Shown: positions 10,201-18,084, counted from the stretch's first letter. The stretch is 64,000 nt of DNA from an uncultured Sediminibacterium sp. (GCA_964448845.1 CAYUXJ010000001.1:19938-83937), one strand, 5' to 3'. The notes: generated by a model not told the origin, from the sequence alone. Made by a program: numbers and translations.

Positions 10201-10455
10201 AATGTAATTGATGCTACTGCTTCCCCTCTCTTCGATCTTTTTCAAACAGATAAACATCTCATCCGCTATACGCACATACCGAGCAATATTCCACTGGATA
10301 AAATGAATAAATCGTTGTCTTCATTAAAGGGGAAGGAGAGAAAAATGGCTTTACAATCTATGAATGAATTATTCAATGAAGTAGATGGTGGAGAAGATGA
10401 GGAGATGAATGAGATCGTTTGGTACTACGTTAAAAGAATTCGAAGTAAAAAGTAG
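7228..10455 (+). CDS. Secreted three-domain phosphoesterase: PLC-like (PI-PLC-X/GDPD-like) phosphodiesterase + YVTN beta-propeller + phosphoesterase (PlcC/AcpA) family domain
   Basis: Signal peptide MKRAYFFLLLLTNVFFVHAQ. N-terminal motif HSHNDYQQEN...IEVDIF...LLVAHD (nt about 7300-7900). Propeller repeats LYVTNWAG, FLYVANGNSDEISVID, LYVSNGMDNAIAVV, LLFVANLES (about 8500-9100). C-terminal motifs IVYIIKENKTYDQVLGDL and LPNDHG (about 9300-10250). Confidence 0.7.
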   Translation: MKRAYFFLLLLTNVFFVHAQVKMHSHNDYQQENPFISAYQLHFTSIEVDIFLIKEKLLVAHDRKDVDSNKTLDKLYLRPLDSVLRFSPNRNLQLLIDIKTEADPTLQAVIKELRKYPVLLSNKSLTITISGNRPRMEDYSQYPEFIYFDGRPNESYTQAQLKKISLISDSYFNYIKLGKPDFSLIQDAVKNAHQSGKPFRLWAHPDNEAGWRQMILSGIDYINTDKIVELSDFVTKNNVEIKEEILRYSTLHDSIKMMPYNRIINSAGKVVRFGSPRQENHALDIVRIPETSVVVVEDRYGIIAIDTSGQIIDRYSFPTIGAFKSLMSTYSGIKSFKQADTTWILWSAAAKNESYLMYAIWKNDSFQHIGGYKIERNMPADNAIPNELIVDEKQSAVYLVLNGNNQVLKLTWPDKKMVWQQSSGGIAPYGIAKANNKLYVTNWAGPIAIDAAKERAGVPWDLAYTDPSTGATSMGTVSILDEKTGNMIGEIKVGLHPNVIKSSPDNRFLYVANGNSDEISVIDAKKDQVIETIPIGLFQKSFDLSGSSPVGLTLDGHNKLYVSNGMDNAIAVVSLGHKSSNKGRATSKIEGFIPTESYPSGSVLLGNLLFVANLESEGANIVTPEKRGRGIHYQFASVSIIPLPTTEQLKLYTSLVYENALLNRLEKIGLPPRDTVKPRPIPERLGEPSVFKHIVYIIKENKTYDQVLGDLKEGNGDSSLCVFGDFFTPNLHKLAKQYGWMDNYYASGKSSAEGHQWSNAAIVSDYVEKNVRTWLRSYPHRQTDALVYNKTGYIWNQAMDHGKRVRIFGEACTTIYDNKLNWFDLYKQYQSGAKPNWKNQTTIARIDSIISPTFPDNDNMVFSDQQRADVFIQEWDQLSGAGKLPHLMIVSLPNDHGAGLSPNFPTPDAMVADNDLALGRMVEHISNSPFFDSTLILITQDDSQSGWDHVSAYRTIGMAISAYNKKGVVSTNYNQTSMVRTIEQVLGIPPMNVIDATASPLFDLFQTDKHLIRYTHIPSNIPLDKMNKSLSSLKGKERKMALQSMNELFNEVDGGEDEEMNEIVWYYVKRIRSKK

Positions 10456-10644
10456 ATAATTACTTGGTGCGGTGCTTGTTAATTTTCAATTTTTTATAGT
10501 ACTCATTTTTTTGTGTGATCCTGCTGTGTTAAAAATGTTCACCTTTTATTAATCATTCGTTCATGATTTCTTGATATTGAAATCAAATCTGATCATTAGT
10601 ACATAGTTAATTTCGCTGTGTTAATTAATGAAAAATTTGATACA

Positions 10645-13600
10645 ATGAAACAAGCCTTAGGTAACAAGATTGATCATTTTATTTTTCGATTGTTTTCAAT
10701 TTTTATATTGTTTATTGGTTTAAATTCAACCGTATCGGCTGAATTTTACCAGAATTCAGGTAAAAATGAGGAAAGAATTGTCAAAGGCCGGGTAACCGAC
10801 GAAGCAACAGGAGCTGGTCTTTCCGCCGCGAATATCTCTATAAAAGGTGGTGGTAAAGGAGTAAGTACAGATGAAAATGGTAACTACTCTATTAAAGTCG
10901 ATAACAATCAAGCAGTCATAGTAGTTTCTTTCGTTGGTTACTCTTCTCAGGAGATTACCATTGGATCAAGATTGAATCTTAACATCTCTCTAGTAAAAAC
11001 TGAAAGTGAATTAGCTCAGGTAGTGGTAGTGGGATATGGTACACAAAGTAAGAAGGATGTAACGGGCGCAGTCAAATCGGTAAAGTCTGAAAGTTTTAAC
11101 CGTGGTATTATTAATGCACCTCAGCAGTTATTGCAAGGTAAAATTGCAGGTGTTAATGTTGTTTCTGCCAGCGGTGAGCCAGGAGCTAGCCAGGGAATTA
11201 CCATCCGTGGTCCGGGAGGCGTTCGAACAGGCAGTACACCCTTATTTGTAGTCGACGGGTTGCCTCTTGATAATTCTTCAACAGGTAACGGAGATCCGTT
11301 GAACTTTATTAACCCCGCTGATATTGAATCAATTGATGTACTGAAAGATGCATCAGCAACGGCAATTTATGGTGCTCGTGGAGCTAATGGTGTAGTAATC
11401 ATCAATACCAGAAAAGGCAAGGCAGGTACATCCTCTATGAGTTTAAACAGCAGTTTTGGCCTTTCTTCTATTGCAAATAAACTTCCTTTGTTCAGTGCAG
11501 ATGAGTTCAGAAGAAATGTAGTAGCTATTGGAGGTTTATTAGATGATAAAGGCGGAAATACAGACTGGCAGGATGTAATCACCCGCCAGGGATTCACACA
11601 GAATCATAACCTGACCATGAGCGGAGGAGCAGATAAAATTGTTTATTTCGCTTCCTTTGGTTTGCAAAAACAGGAGGGTATCATTAAGACGAATGATTTA
11701 GATCGTTACTCAGGCAGATTTAATGCTACTCAAAAGTTTTTTAATGATCGGTTGAAAGTAGAAGTAAATTTAAGTGCCAATTCAACCAAGCAAATAAGGC
11801 CCAATATCGGGGGTGCCATCGGCGATGCCCTAAGTAATAATCCTACTTACCCGGCTTATGATGCTCAAGGAAATATTGCCGCTTACCTGTTGATAAATAA
11901 TCCTCTGTTAACATTCCAATTAGATAGAGATAATACCATCACTAATCGGTTGATTGGAAATATCTCACCATCACTTAAGATTACAAAAGGGCTCACCTAT
12001 AAACTAAACTTTGGTATAGATAATTCCACCTCCACCAGGGATATCCAGAGTCTTCCTTATTTGCAACCGCAAAGAGATGGGCGCTTTGAGACTTTTAATT
12101 TTATCAATAGAAACTCCCTAATCGAGAATTATCTTACATATGATTTTTCTATAAAAGAACACAAATTTTCAACACTGGCCGGTCATTCCTATCAAAAAGT
12201 ATTTTTACAAGGTCGCGGTTGGAGCATCAATCGCTTTCCAATAACACCTGTAGAACCGATTTATAACCCAGGTACGGGGCAGGAACTTACGCTGGCAAAT
12301 AACAGACCGGGTGGCAATGCTACTATCAATGAAATTCAGTCCTTCTTTTCCCGAATTAATTATTCCTACCAAAACAAATACTTGGCAACTGTCAATTTCA
12401 GAATGGATGGTTCAAGTAAATTCGGTGCTAATAATAAGTATGGTTACTTTCCCTCCTTTTCTCTGGGATGGAGAATTTCTGAGGAAAAATTCATGCAAAA
12501 TGGATTATTTAGTAATCTTAAATTGAGAGCAGGTTGGGGACAAACTGGCAACCAGGAAATACCATCCAAGATCACTCAGCCACTTTTCACGGCTACAGTT
12601 TCAGCAGGTAGTAGCTATCCACTCTTTCCTACCGGTCCTTATCCGGCAGGAATTGTATACTCCCGATTGGCCAATCCTGACATACAATGGGAGGTATCAA
12701 CACAATCTAATGTGGGATTGGACTTCGGTCTTTTTGGGGGAAAACTGAATGGATCCATAGACTATTTTAATAAAGTTTCTAAAAACATTCTCTTGGAAGT
12801 TATTCCGGCAGATCCGGTTCAGCCAGCAGGAACGTTTTGGACCAATGTTGAAAACATGTCCATTACTAATAGTGGCTTGGAAATTGATCTCGAATATCGC
12901 AACAGAACCAGTTCAGGATTCCAATATTCATTTGGTGGTAATATTTCATTCTTAAAGAATATTGTGAAAAATTCTCCTTATTCAGTTATTCAGTCCGGCT
13001 CTGCATCGGGTGCAGGTCTTACATCTGCAACTATAAATGGTTATATCAATAACCAACCCATTGGTACCTTCTTCCTGCGTGAATGGACTGGGTTCAATGC
13101 TGCAGGATTGAGTACATACCGAGATGTTGATAATGATGGTGTGGTAGGTGATAAAGACCGGTTACCATTAGGTACAGCACTTCCAACTGTATTGTATGCT
13201 TTCTTTGGCAACTTCGAATTCAAGCGATTTGACCTTTCTTTAAATTTCAATGGTGTTTCAGGCAACAAAATATATGACAACACCGCCAATGCAAGTTTTT
13301 ATAAATTGCGTTTGTCTAAAAGCATTAATTCAACACCCGCTGCAATTCAGTTCAATGAAGAATCAATTACAAATTCAGCTCCGGTTAGTTCCAGATATCT
13401 TAAAGATGGTGCATACTTGAGATTAAACAATATGGCATTGGGCTATACTTTTGATACAAAAGATAAGGCAATTGGTAAATACATTTCAAATCTGAGATTT
13501 TCAATAACAGCGCAAAATTTATTCGTAATTACTCAGTACGATGGTTATGATCCGGAAGTGAATGCTGATAGATCCATCAATGGAGTTCTATCTTATGGTA

Positions 13601-13662
13601 TTGATCAATTAAGCTATCCAAAATCTCGAAATTTCATTTTGGGATTAAATGTTAACTTCTAA
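10645..13662 (+). CDS. SusC/RagA family TonB-linked outer membrane protein
   Basis: CarboxypepD_reg-like N-terminus (VKGRVTDEATGAGLSAANISIKG), a plug region (VVVVGYGTQSKKDVTGAV, IDVLKDASATAIYGARGANGVVII), about 1000 aa, and a terminal ...LGLNVNF. Confidence 0.9.
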   Translation: MKQALGNKIDHFIFRLFSIFILFIGLNSTVSAEFYQNSGKNEERIVKGRVTDEATGAGLSAANISIKGGGKGVSTDENGNYSIKVDNNQAVIVVSFVGYSSQEITIGSRLNLNISLVKTESELAQVVVVGYGTQSKKDVTGAVKSVKSESFNRGIINAPQQLLQGKIAGVNVVSASGEPGASQGITIRGPGGVRTGSTPLFVVDGLPLDNSSTGNGDPLNFINPADIESIDVLKDASATAIYGARGANGVVIINTRKGKAGTSSMSLNSSFGLSSIANKLPLFSADEFRRNVVAIGGLLDDKGGNTDWQDVITRQGFTQNHNLTMSGGADKIVYFASFGLQKQEGIIKTNDLDRYSGRFNATQKFFNDRLKVEVNLSANSTKQIRPNIGGAIGDALSNNPTYPAYDAQGNIAAYLLINNPLLTFQLDRDNTITNRLIGNISPSLKITKGLTYKLNFGIDNSTSTRDIQSLPYLQPQRDGRFETFNFINRNSLIENYLTYDFSIKEHKFSTLAGHSYQKVFLQGRGWSINRFPITPVEPIYNPGTGQELTLANNRPGGNATINEIQSFFSRINYSYQNKYLATVNFRMDGSSKFGANNKYGYFPSFSLGWRISEEKFMQNGLFSNLKLRAGWGQTGNQEIPSKITQPLFTATVSAGSSYPLFPTGPYPAGIVYSRLANPDIQWEVSTQSNVGLDFGLFGGKLNGSIDYFNKVSKNILLEVIPADPVQPAGTFWTNVENMSITNSGLEIDLEYRNRTSSGFQYSFGGNISFLKNIVKNSPYSVIQSGSASGAGLTSATINGYINNQPIGTFFLREWTGFNAAGLSTYRDVDNDGVVGDKDRLPLGTALPTVLYAFFGNFEFKRFDLSLNFNGVSGNKIYDNTANASFYKLRLSKSINSTPAAIQFNEESITNSAPVSSRYLKDGAYLRLNNMALGYTFDTKDKAIGKYISNLRFSITAQNLFVITQYDGYDPEVNADRSINGVLSYGIDQLSYPKSRNFILGLNVNF

Positions 13663-13672
13663 TTTTTAAAAT

Positions 13673-15364
13673 ATGAAAAATCTAGTATTACAATTTTCAG
13701 TCATGGTTGCTGCCGCTTCCATTATGACAGGCTGCACCAAATTGGATGAAAAAATTCTCGATGAATCATCTGTAACCGGATTGACAGAAAAGCAGATTGC
13801 TGATGGAACCATTGCTCCGGTTTATGCCAATTTGCCCAATATATACATACATACTGGTCTCTTTGCTTTGCAGGAAATTACTACCGATGAGGCTATCTTA
13901 CCTTACAGAGGAGGAACTGATTGGGGTGATAACGGAATTTATATTGATTTACACCGACATACTACCAACAGTAATACAGCCAATGTTAGAAATACCTGGA
14001 ATCCATTGACCCAGAGTTTATCCAGAGCAGTTTCAGCAATCAGTTCATTGCGAGATAGCAAAGATCCAAATGCCCAGAAATATATTGCGGAGGCAAAAGG
14101 AATGTATGGATTTTATAATTTAATGTTCTTGGATCTTTGGGGAATCATATTCGTTAAAGAAGATCCGGGAGCTGTTTCTAAAATATTACGTGGCGACGAA
14201 GCTGTTGAATATCTTAAGAATATTTTTCTCGAAATTGAACCCGTACTCGATAATACAACCGCACCCGGTAGACTTACCCGTGCCGGAGTTTGGGGGCTGC
14301 TAGCCAAATTACATTTGAACGCTGCCGTTTACAGAGATCGCTATGCACAGAATTTTACTTTTCGTCCGGAAGATATGGATAAAGTGATTGAATATACTAA
14401 TCGAATCATTTCCGCCGGTCAATTCTCCTTATCATCTGATTATTGGGCTATTTTTAATGATAACAACAACTCCAACAGGGAACTTATTTTTGCGGTTGAT
14501 CAACGGCCTGATCTGAATGGACACAATCGTTTATCTTATTTTTCTTTATCGGGTGATCAATTCCCACTGCCTGCTTTTACGGGTGCTAACGGTACTGACG
14601 GTCCAGCTATCACACCTGATTTTTATAGAACCTGGGTAGATGCCTATGCTCCTACGGATCCAGCCGATGCAGATCCCCGTTTTTACAAGAAAAATGTAGT
14701 CGTTGATCCAGTGACTGAAGAAGCTTGCTATGATTCTGCTGTTTATCGCCTTGATCGGGGTATCCTGAGAGGACAGCAATACGGACTTATCCGGGTAAAT
14801 GGCGTTTTTCAAAGATGTTCTAACGGTACCTTCAGAGTAGGCAGGTTGTTTAACATTACTCGTAATCGGCCCACCACTCCGGTAGTGCACACAGAAAGAA
14901 TTGACTTTACACCTTTGGGGAGTGACTATGCTACCGGCTTCCGTGTGCTGAAGTATGAGTTTAGCCGAACCTCTGTAAGTGGTCGAAATTTCGGAGCAGT
15001 TGATATTCCGATTATACGTTTGGGCGATGTATACCTGATGCGTGCTGAGGCAAGAATGCGCAAAGGAGATGCATCCGGAGCTTTAACAGATGTCAATACA
15101 GTTCGAACTTCTAGAACCAGTGGTGGATTTAGCGGACGGCCATTATCTTCTATGAACCTTGATATCCTTTATCGTGAAAGGGGATTTGAATTGTACTGGG
15201 AAATGCACCGTAGAACAGATATGGTTCGATTTGGGAAGTTTGAGGGAACATGGACTGAAAAATCATCAACAGATAGAAATAAACGTATATTCCCGATTCC
15301 ACAAACAGCGATTGATGGTGCATCTAATTTACCCGGATATCTGGTGCAAAACCAGGGATACTAG
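13673..15364 (+). CDS. SusD/RagB family nutrient-binding outer membrane lipoprotein
   Basis: Starts 10 nt after susC. Lipobox ...IMTGC, and SusD-like C-terminal motifs (IIRLGDVYLMRAEARMRKGD, ERGFELYWEMHRRTDMVRF). Confidence 0.85.
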   Translation: MKNLVLQFSVMVAAASIMTGCTKLDEKILDESSVTGLTEKQIADGTIAPVYANLPNIYIHTGLFALQEITTDEAILPYRGGTDWGDNGIYIDLHRHTTNSNTANVRNTWNPLTQSLSRAVSAISSLRDSKDPNAQKYIAEAKGMYGFYNLMFLDLWGIIFVKEDPGAVSKILRGDEAVEYLKNIFLEIEPVLDNTTAPGRLTRAGVWGLLAKLHLNAAVYRDRYAQNFTFRPEDMDKVIEYTNRIISAGQFSLSSDYWAIFNDNNNSNRELIFAVDQRPDLNGHNRLSYFSLSGDQFPLPAFTGANGTDGPAITPDFYRTWVDAYAPTDPADADPRFYKKNVVVDPVTEEACYDSAVYRLDRGILRGQQYGLIRVNGVFQRCSNGTFRVGRLFNITRNRPTTPVVHTERIDFTPLGSDYATGFRVLKYEFSRTSVSGRNFGAVDIPIIRLGDVYLMRAEARMRKGDASGALTDVNTVRTSRTSGGFSGRPLSSMNLDILYRERGFELYWEMHRRTDMVRFGKFEGTWTEKSSTDRNKRIFPIPQTAIDGASNLPGYLVQNQGY

Positions 15365-15431
15365 TAAATTGTAGTCGCTGCTTTCAGTAGTTGGGTCTGA
15401 CATTCTATTGCGCTATTGCGCTCATCATCTC

Positions 15432-15490
15432 GAATGACTGGTTTTCTTTTTATTTAATAATAATTGAATACCAGTCATTCGTTCTTTTTT
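15432..15490 (+). terminator. Hairpin plus T-run after susD
   Basis: GAATGACTGG (15432-15441) pairs with CCAGTCATTC (15471-15480), followed by GTTCTTTTTT. The loop is long (29 nt, AT-rich), so confidence is moderate. Confidence 0.5.
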
Positions 15491-15514
15491 CTAGGTGTAG
15501 ATCGTTTTTTATAG

Positions 15515-15785
15515 TCGAACTACAAATGGCAATACATAGTATGTCATGGCTGCTTCATTTGAGATTAAATAACCAGTTAACCGCCGCACTGGTTGGTTGC
15601 TGACTGCCTGCCGCCGAAGAATCAAAAATTTATCAAATGCGAATGTAATAGCCTGTTTTTATTCAAAGAACATTTATTTAAGTACCGTAAAGGTGACTTC
15701 ATTTCTGGTAAGGTGCTGACGAAAAATAGTGAAATAAGCAGGTAGAAGTCCAATGGTAGTTAAGATTGGTTAGGGGTTCGACTCC
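15515..15785 (+). pseudogene. Decayed internal fragment of a tmRNA (ssrA) gene: tag region through T-loop, lacking both the 5' and 3' acceptor parts
   Basis: Colinear with 17678-17951 of the intact ssrA. Shared blocks are TCGAACTACAAATGGCAATACA, CATGGCTGCTT, CCGCCGCACTGGTTGG, GTGAAATAAGCA, AATGGTAG and GGGGTTCGACTCC. In the tag frame CAG has become TAG and the TAA stop has become TCA. There is no GGGG...GGTTTCGAC 5' end and no ...CTCGACTCCACCA 3' end. Confidence 0.8.
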
Positions 15786-15802
15786 ACAGCAACACGTAAA
15801 AC

Positions 15803-15831
15803 GAAAGTAGCCCCATGCCGGGGCTTCTTTC
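15803..15831 (-). terminator. Strong GC hairpin terminating the minus-strand orphan gene (possibly bidirectional)
   Basis: GAAAGTAGCCCC / GGGGCTTCTTTC stem around a 5-nt loop, 18 nt after the stop at 15849. The minus transcript continues TTTCGTTTT. Confidence 0.6.
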
Positions 15832-15848
15832 GATAGGTACATTTACAA

Positions 15849-17345
15849 TTACGGTTTTATTACCTTAAACCCCTTTATGCTGCTGATAAAATCAAGAGAG
15901 GCATCCTTATTTTCCGAATACTCAATATAGCAGGAAAACTTAGCTGTTAGATCTGATAAACTCATGTAGGCAACCTCATCTTGCGCAACATAATACCTGA
16001 GTGCATCCTTTATATAAATGGATGCGGATGGGTAACTTGTTTCAGCATCAATTCCCTTATACTCTTTTAATTCTAATGCAGGTCTGCCAACGCGTGCATC
16101 TAAATTATAGGAAAATCTGCTGTATTGGCGATTGGTAGAGCTGAAATCTATGTTTCTGTTTGCTTCAATCGGTCTCAAATTGATTGTCTTGGAATATTTT
16201 CCGGCATTCATTTCAACCTTATACATAGTAATAATCCCCCAGGTATATTGTGCTACAAATTGGTGCATGGCTGTTCTGGAAGCATTCGAACGCATCTCAT
16301 AATTAGTACCATTGTAATTTAATGTGAAAGTTGCTTGACCCAAGTCTTCCCGATCATCATGTGTTCTTCGTGTTCGAATGGTATAGACACCTGGCTTAAT
16401 GTCGATTACTTTTTTATCTCCATACTCGTACGAAACAGTACCTCTCCGTTCATTCACTTTTTTCTCTTCAGACAGCAATTCAAAGGAGATGGCTTGATTT
16501 TTTTTTCTGGCTTCTTCCAACATTCCAGGTAAATCTCTGCTTCTACCCTTTAAACTGATGTATTCACCAGTATCTCCCATTCTAATGGCTAAAAGTTTAT
16601 CTCTTCGCTTAAGTTGACTGATTGCGGCAGGACTACCGGGAAACACTTCACCAACTTCCGGATACTTATCAGATGTATAGAGTTTAAAACCCCAATCGGT
16701 TTGAGGCTGATCAATATAATTGTAATCAATGGCCTGAAGCGTTTTATGAATATGATGGTTAAGTATATCTAAGTTTTTATTCGTCTTGAACTTTAATTCA
16801 AGCTGAATTGTCCAACCAAAAATAATACCCAGATAAGGCTCAGATGCGGTAACCTCATAATCGAGGCAATCCGGGAAAACCTTTTGGGCAAATTGTGATA
16901 AGGAATTAATAATATTGAGTTCACTCTCTTCCGCGAGTTTCTCATTGATCACTTTTGCTTTTATGCCCGAAACAAATTCACTCGCATCATAGTCAATATT
17001 CTTTCCGTTGCTTCTGATGAAGGTAGCCAGCTTTTGTTTTGACATGGTTACTTTTAAGGTCACTGAATGTCTTCCATTCACCACAATACTGCTGATTTCC
17101 TGGAAATTACTTACCGAACCGGAACTAAAAGTGAAAATTTCATCTTTCAGCAGTTGGCCATTGGTCACCACTGTACTGGTGCTAACAAAAGTGCCATAGA
17201 TTTTTTCAATAGCTGTTCTAAGTGAGCTATTTCTGGCTGCTTCGTAGGAATTACCTGAACCTTCCGATATGACTGTTATTGTTTCCTGACCATTGACAAG
17301 GGAAACGGTGACCAACAGGAAGAATGAGAAGAAAAGCTTTTTCAT
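15849..17345 (-). CDS. Orphan secreted protein of unknown function (LPP20-like N-terminal region, central PDZ-like segment)
   Basis: Signal peptide MKKLFFSFFLLVTVSLVNGQ (start set at ATG 17345). The segment EVFPGSPAAISQLKRRDKLLAIRMGD resembles a PDZ GLGF/ligand-groove region. I recognise no other family. Confidence 0.7.
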   Translation of the reverse strand: MKKLFFSFFLLVTVSLVNGQETITVISEGSGNSYEAARNSSLRTAIEKIYGTFVSTSTVVTNGQLLKDEIFTFSSGSVSNFQEISSIVVNGRHSVTLKVTMSKQKLATFIRSNGKNIDYDASEFVSGIKAKVINEKLAEESELNIINSLSQFAQKVFPDCLDYEVTASEPYLGIIFGWTIQLELKFKTNKNLDILNHHIHKTLQAIDYNYIDQPQTDWGFKLYTSDKYPEVGEVFPGSPAAISQLKRRDKLLAIRMGDTGEYISLKGRSRDLPGMLEEARKKNQAISFELLSEEKKVNERRGTVSYEYGDKKVIDIKPGVYTIRTRRTHDDREDLGQATFTLNYNGTNYEMRSNASRTAMHQFVAQYTWGIITMYKVEMNAGKYSKTINLRPIEANRNIDFSSTNRQYSRFSYNLDARVGRPALELKEYKGIDAETSYPSASIYIKDALRYYVAQDEVAYMSLSDLTAKFSCYIEYSENKDASLDFISSIKGFKVIKP

Positions 17346-17426
17346 TGCACGGATTTTTAACCACAATGCAGGAATCACCTCCCTAAAAGGATGGATCCTG
17401 ATGCGGATTGGATTTTAAATGAGTGT

Positions 17427-17434
17427 CAAATATA
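17427..17434 (-). promoter_or_regulatory. -7 box TAtaTTTG upstream of the orphan gene
   Basis: The + strand reads CAAATATA, 82 nt upstream of ATG 17345. Confidence 0.35.
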
Positions 17435-17564
17435 GGAAAGAGGCAAAATGTGCTGATTGAAGTCAGCATACTTTTTGCTTTGAATTTGTTAAAATCATCT
17501 ATAACACATGATGTTGAATATCAATATGATGGATTGCTATGGTCTGCATCTTCCTAAAAAGAAG

Positions 17565-17572
17565 TACCTTTG
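17565..17572 (+). promoter_or_regulatory. -7 box TAccTTTG upstream of ssrA
   Basis: Exact TAnnTTTG, 22 nt upstream of the mature tmRNA 5' end, consistent with a short precursor leader trimmed by RNase P. Confidence 0.35.
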
Positions 17573-17593
17573 TGTGTTCGCATTACTTTAACC

Positions 17594-17965
17594 GGGGTCG
17601 TATTGGTTTCGACAGCATAGGTTACGGTTGGTGTAAGCATGCAGTGCGTTGTATAATTAGCACTTTAATCTGAATATTCGAACTACAAATGGCAATACAC
17701 AGTATGCCATGGCTGCTTAATCAGTGATTAAGTAACCATTTGGGCCGCCGCACTGGTTGGTCGCTGACCGCGTGCCGCCGCCGACTCAAAACAATAGCGA
17801 TTGCGAATACAGAAGGCTGTGACTGTATTCTAAGACCATTCAGCTAAGTGCTTCATAGGTGGGTTCACTTCCGGTGAGGTGCCGACAAAAAATGGTGAAA
17901 TAAGCATGTAGAAAGCTAATGGTAGCGATGTTTGGACAGGGGTTCGACTCCCCTCGACTCCACCA
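17594..17965 (+). ncRNA. ssrA: tmRNA (transfer-messenger RNA), one-piece, CCA encoded
   Basis: The 5' end is GGGGTCGTATTGGTTTCGAC. The 3' end is GGACAGGGGTTCGACTCCCCTCGACTCCACCA. The acceptor stem GGGGTCG/CGACTCC includes the G3.U alanine identity pair. The tag ORF is ...GGC AAT ACA CAG TAT GCC ATG GCT GCT TAA (17691-17720), giving GNTQYAMAA. Confidence 0.95.
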
Positions 17966-18016
17966 ATACCCTCCACTTTTTTCTTCTAAGTAGGAAAAAT
18001 GGGGGGTATTTTTTTA
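17966..18016 (+). terminator. Intrinsic terminator after ssrA
   Basis: ATACCCTCCACTTTTT pairs imperfectly with AAAAATGGGGGGTAT, followed by T7. Confidence 0.6.
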
Positions 18017-18084
18017 ACCCACTTCAGTTATCTATTTTGCTTTTACCAGATTGGATTCTTCAGTCAGCGATTTAAAAAGGATGT

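Noticed and set aside
15391-15603. 70-aa ORF in the ORF track between susD and the orphan gene
   Set aside because: It spans the susD terminator hairpin and the pseudo-tmRNA tag region (the VELQMAIHSMSWLL part is just the tmRNA-like sequence read in another frame). It has no promoter box or RBS context, so I judge it spurious.
15515-17965. Possibility of a two-piece (permuted) tmRNA formed by the two tmRNA-like segments
   Set aside because: The downstream gene is a complete one-piece tmRNA with both acceptor strands, a tag ORF and a T-arm. The upstream piece lacks any acceptor strand and has a stop inside its tag frame.
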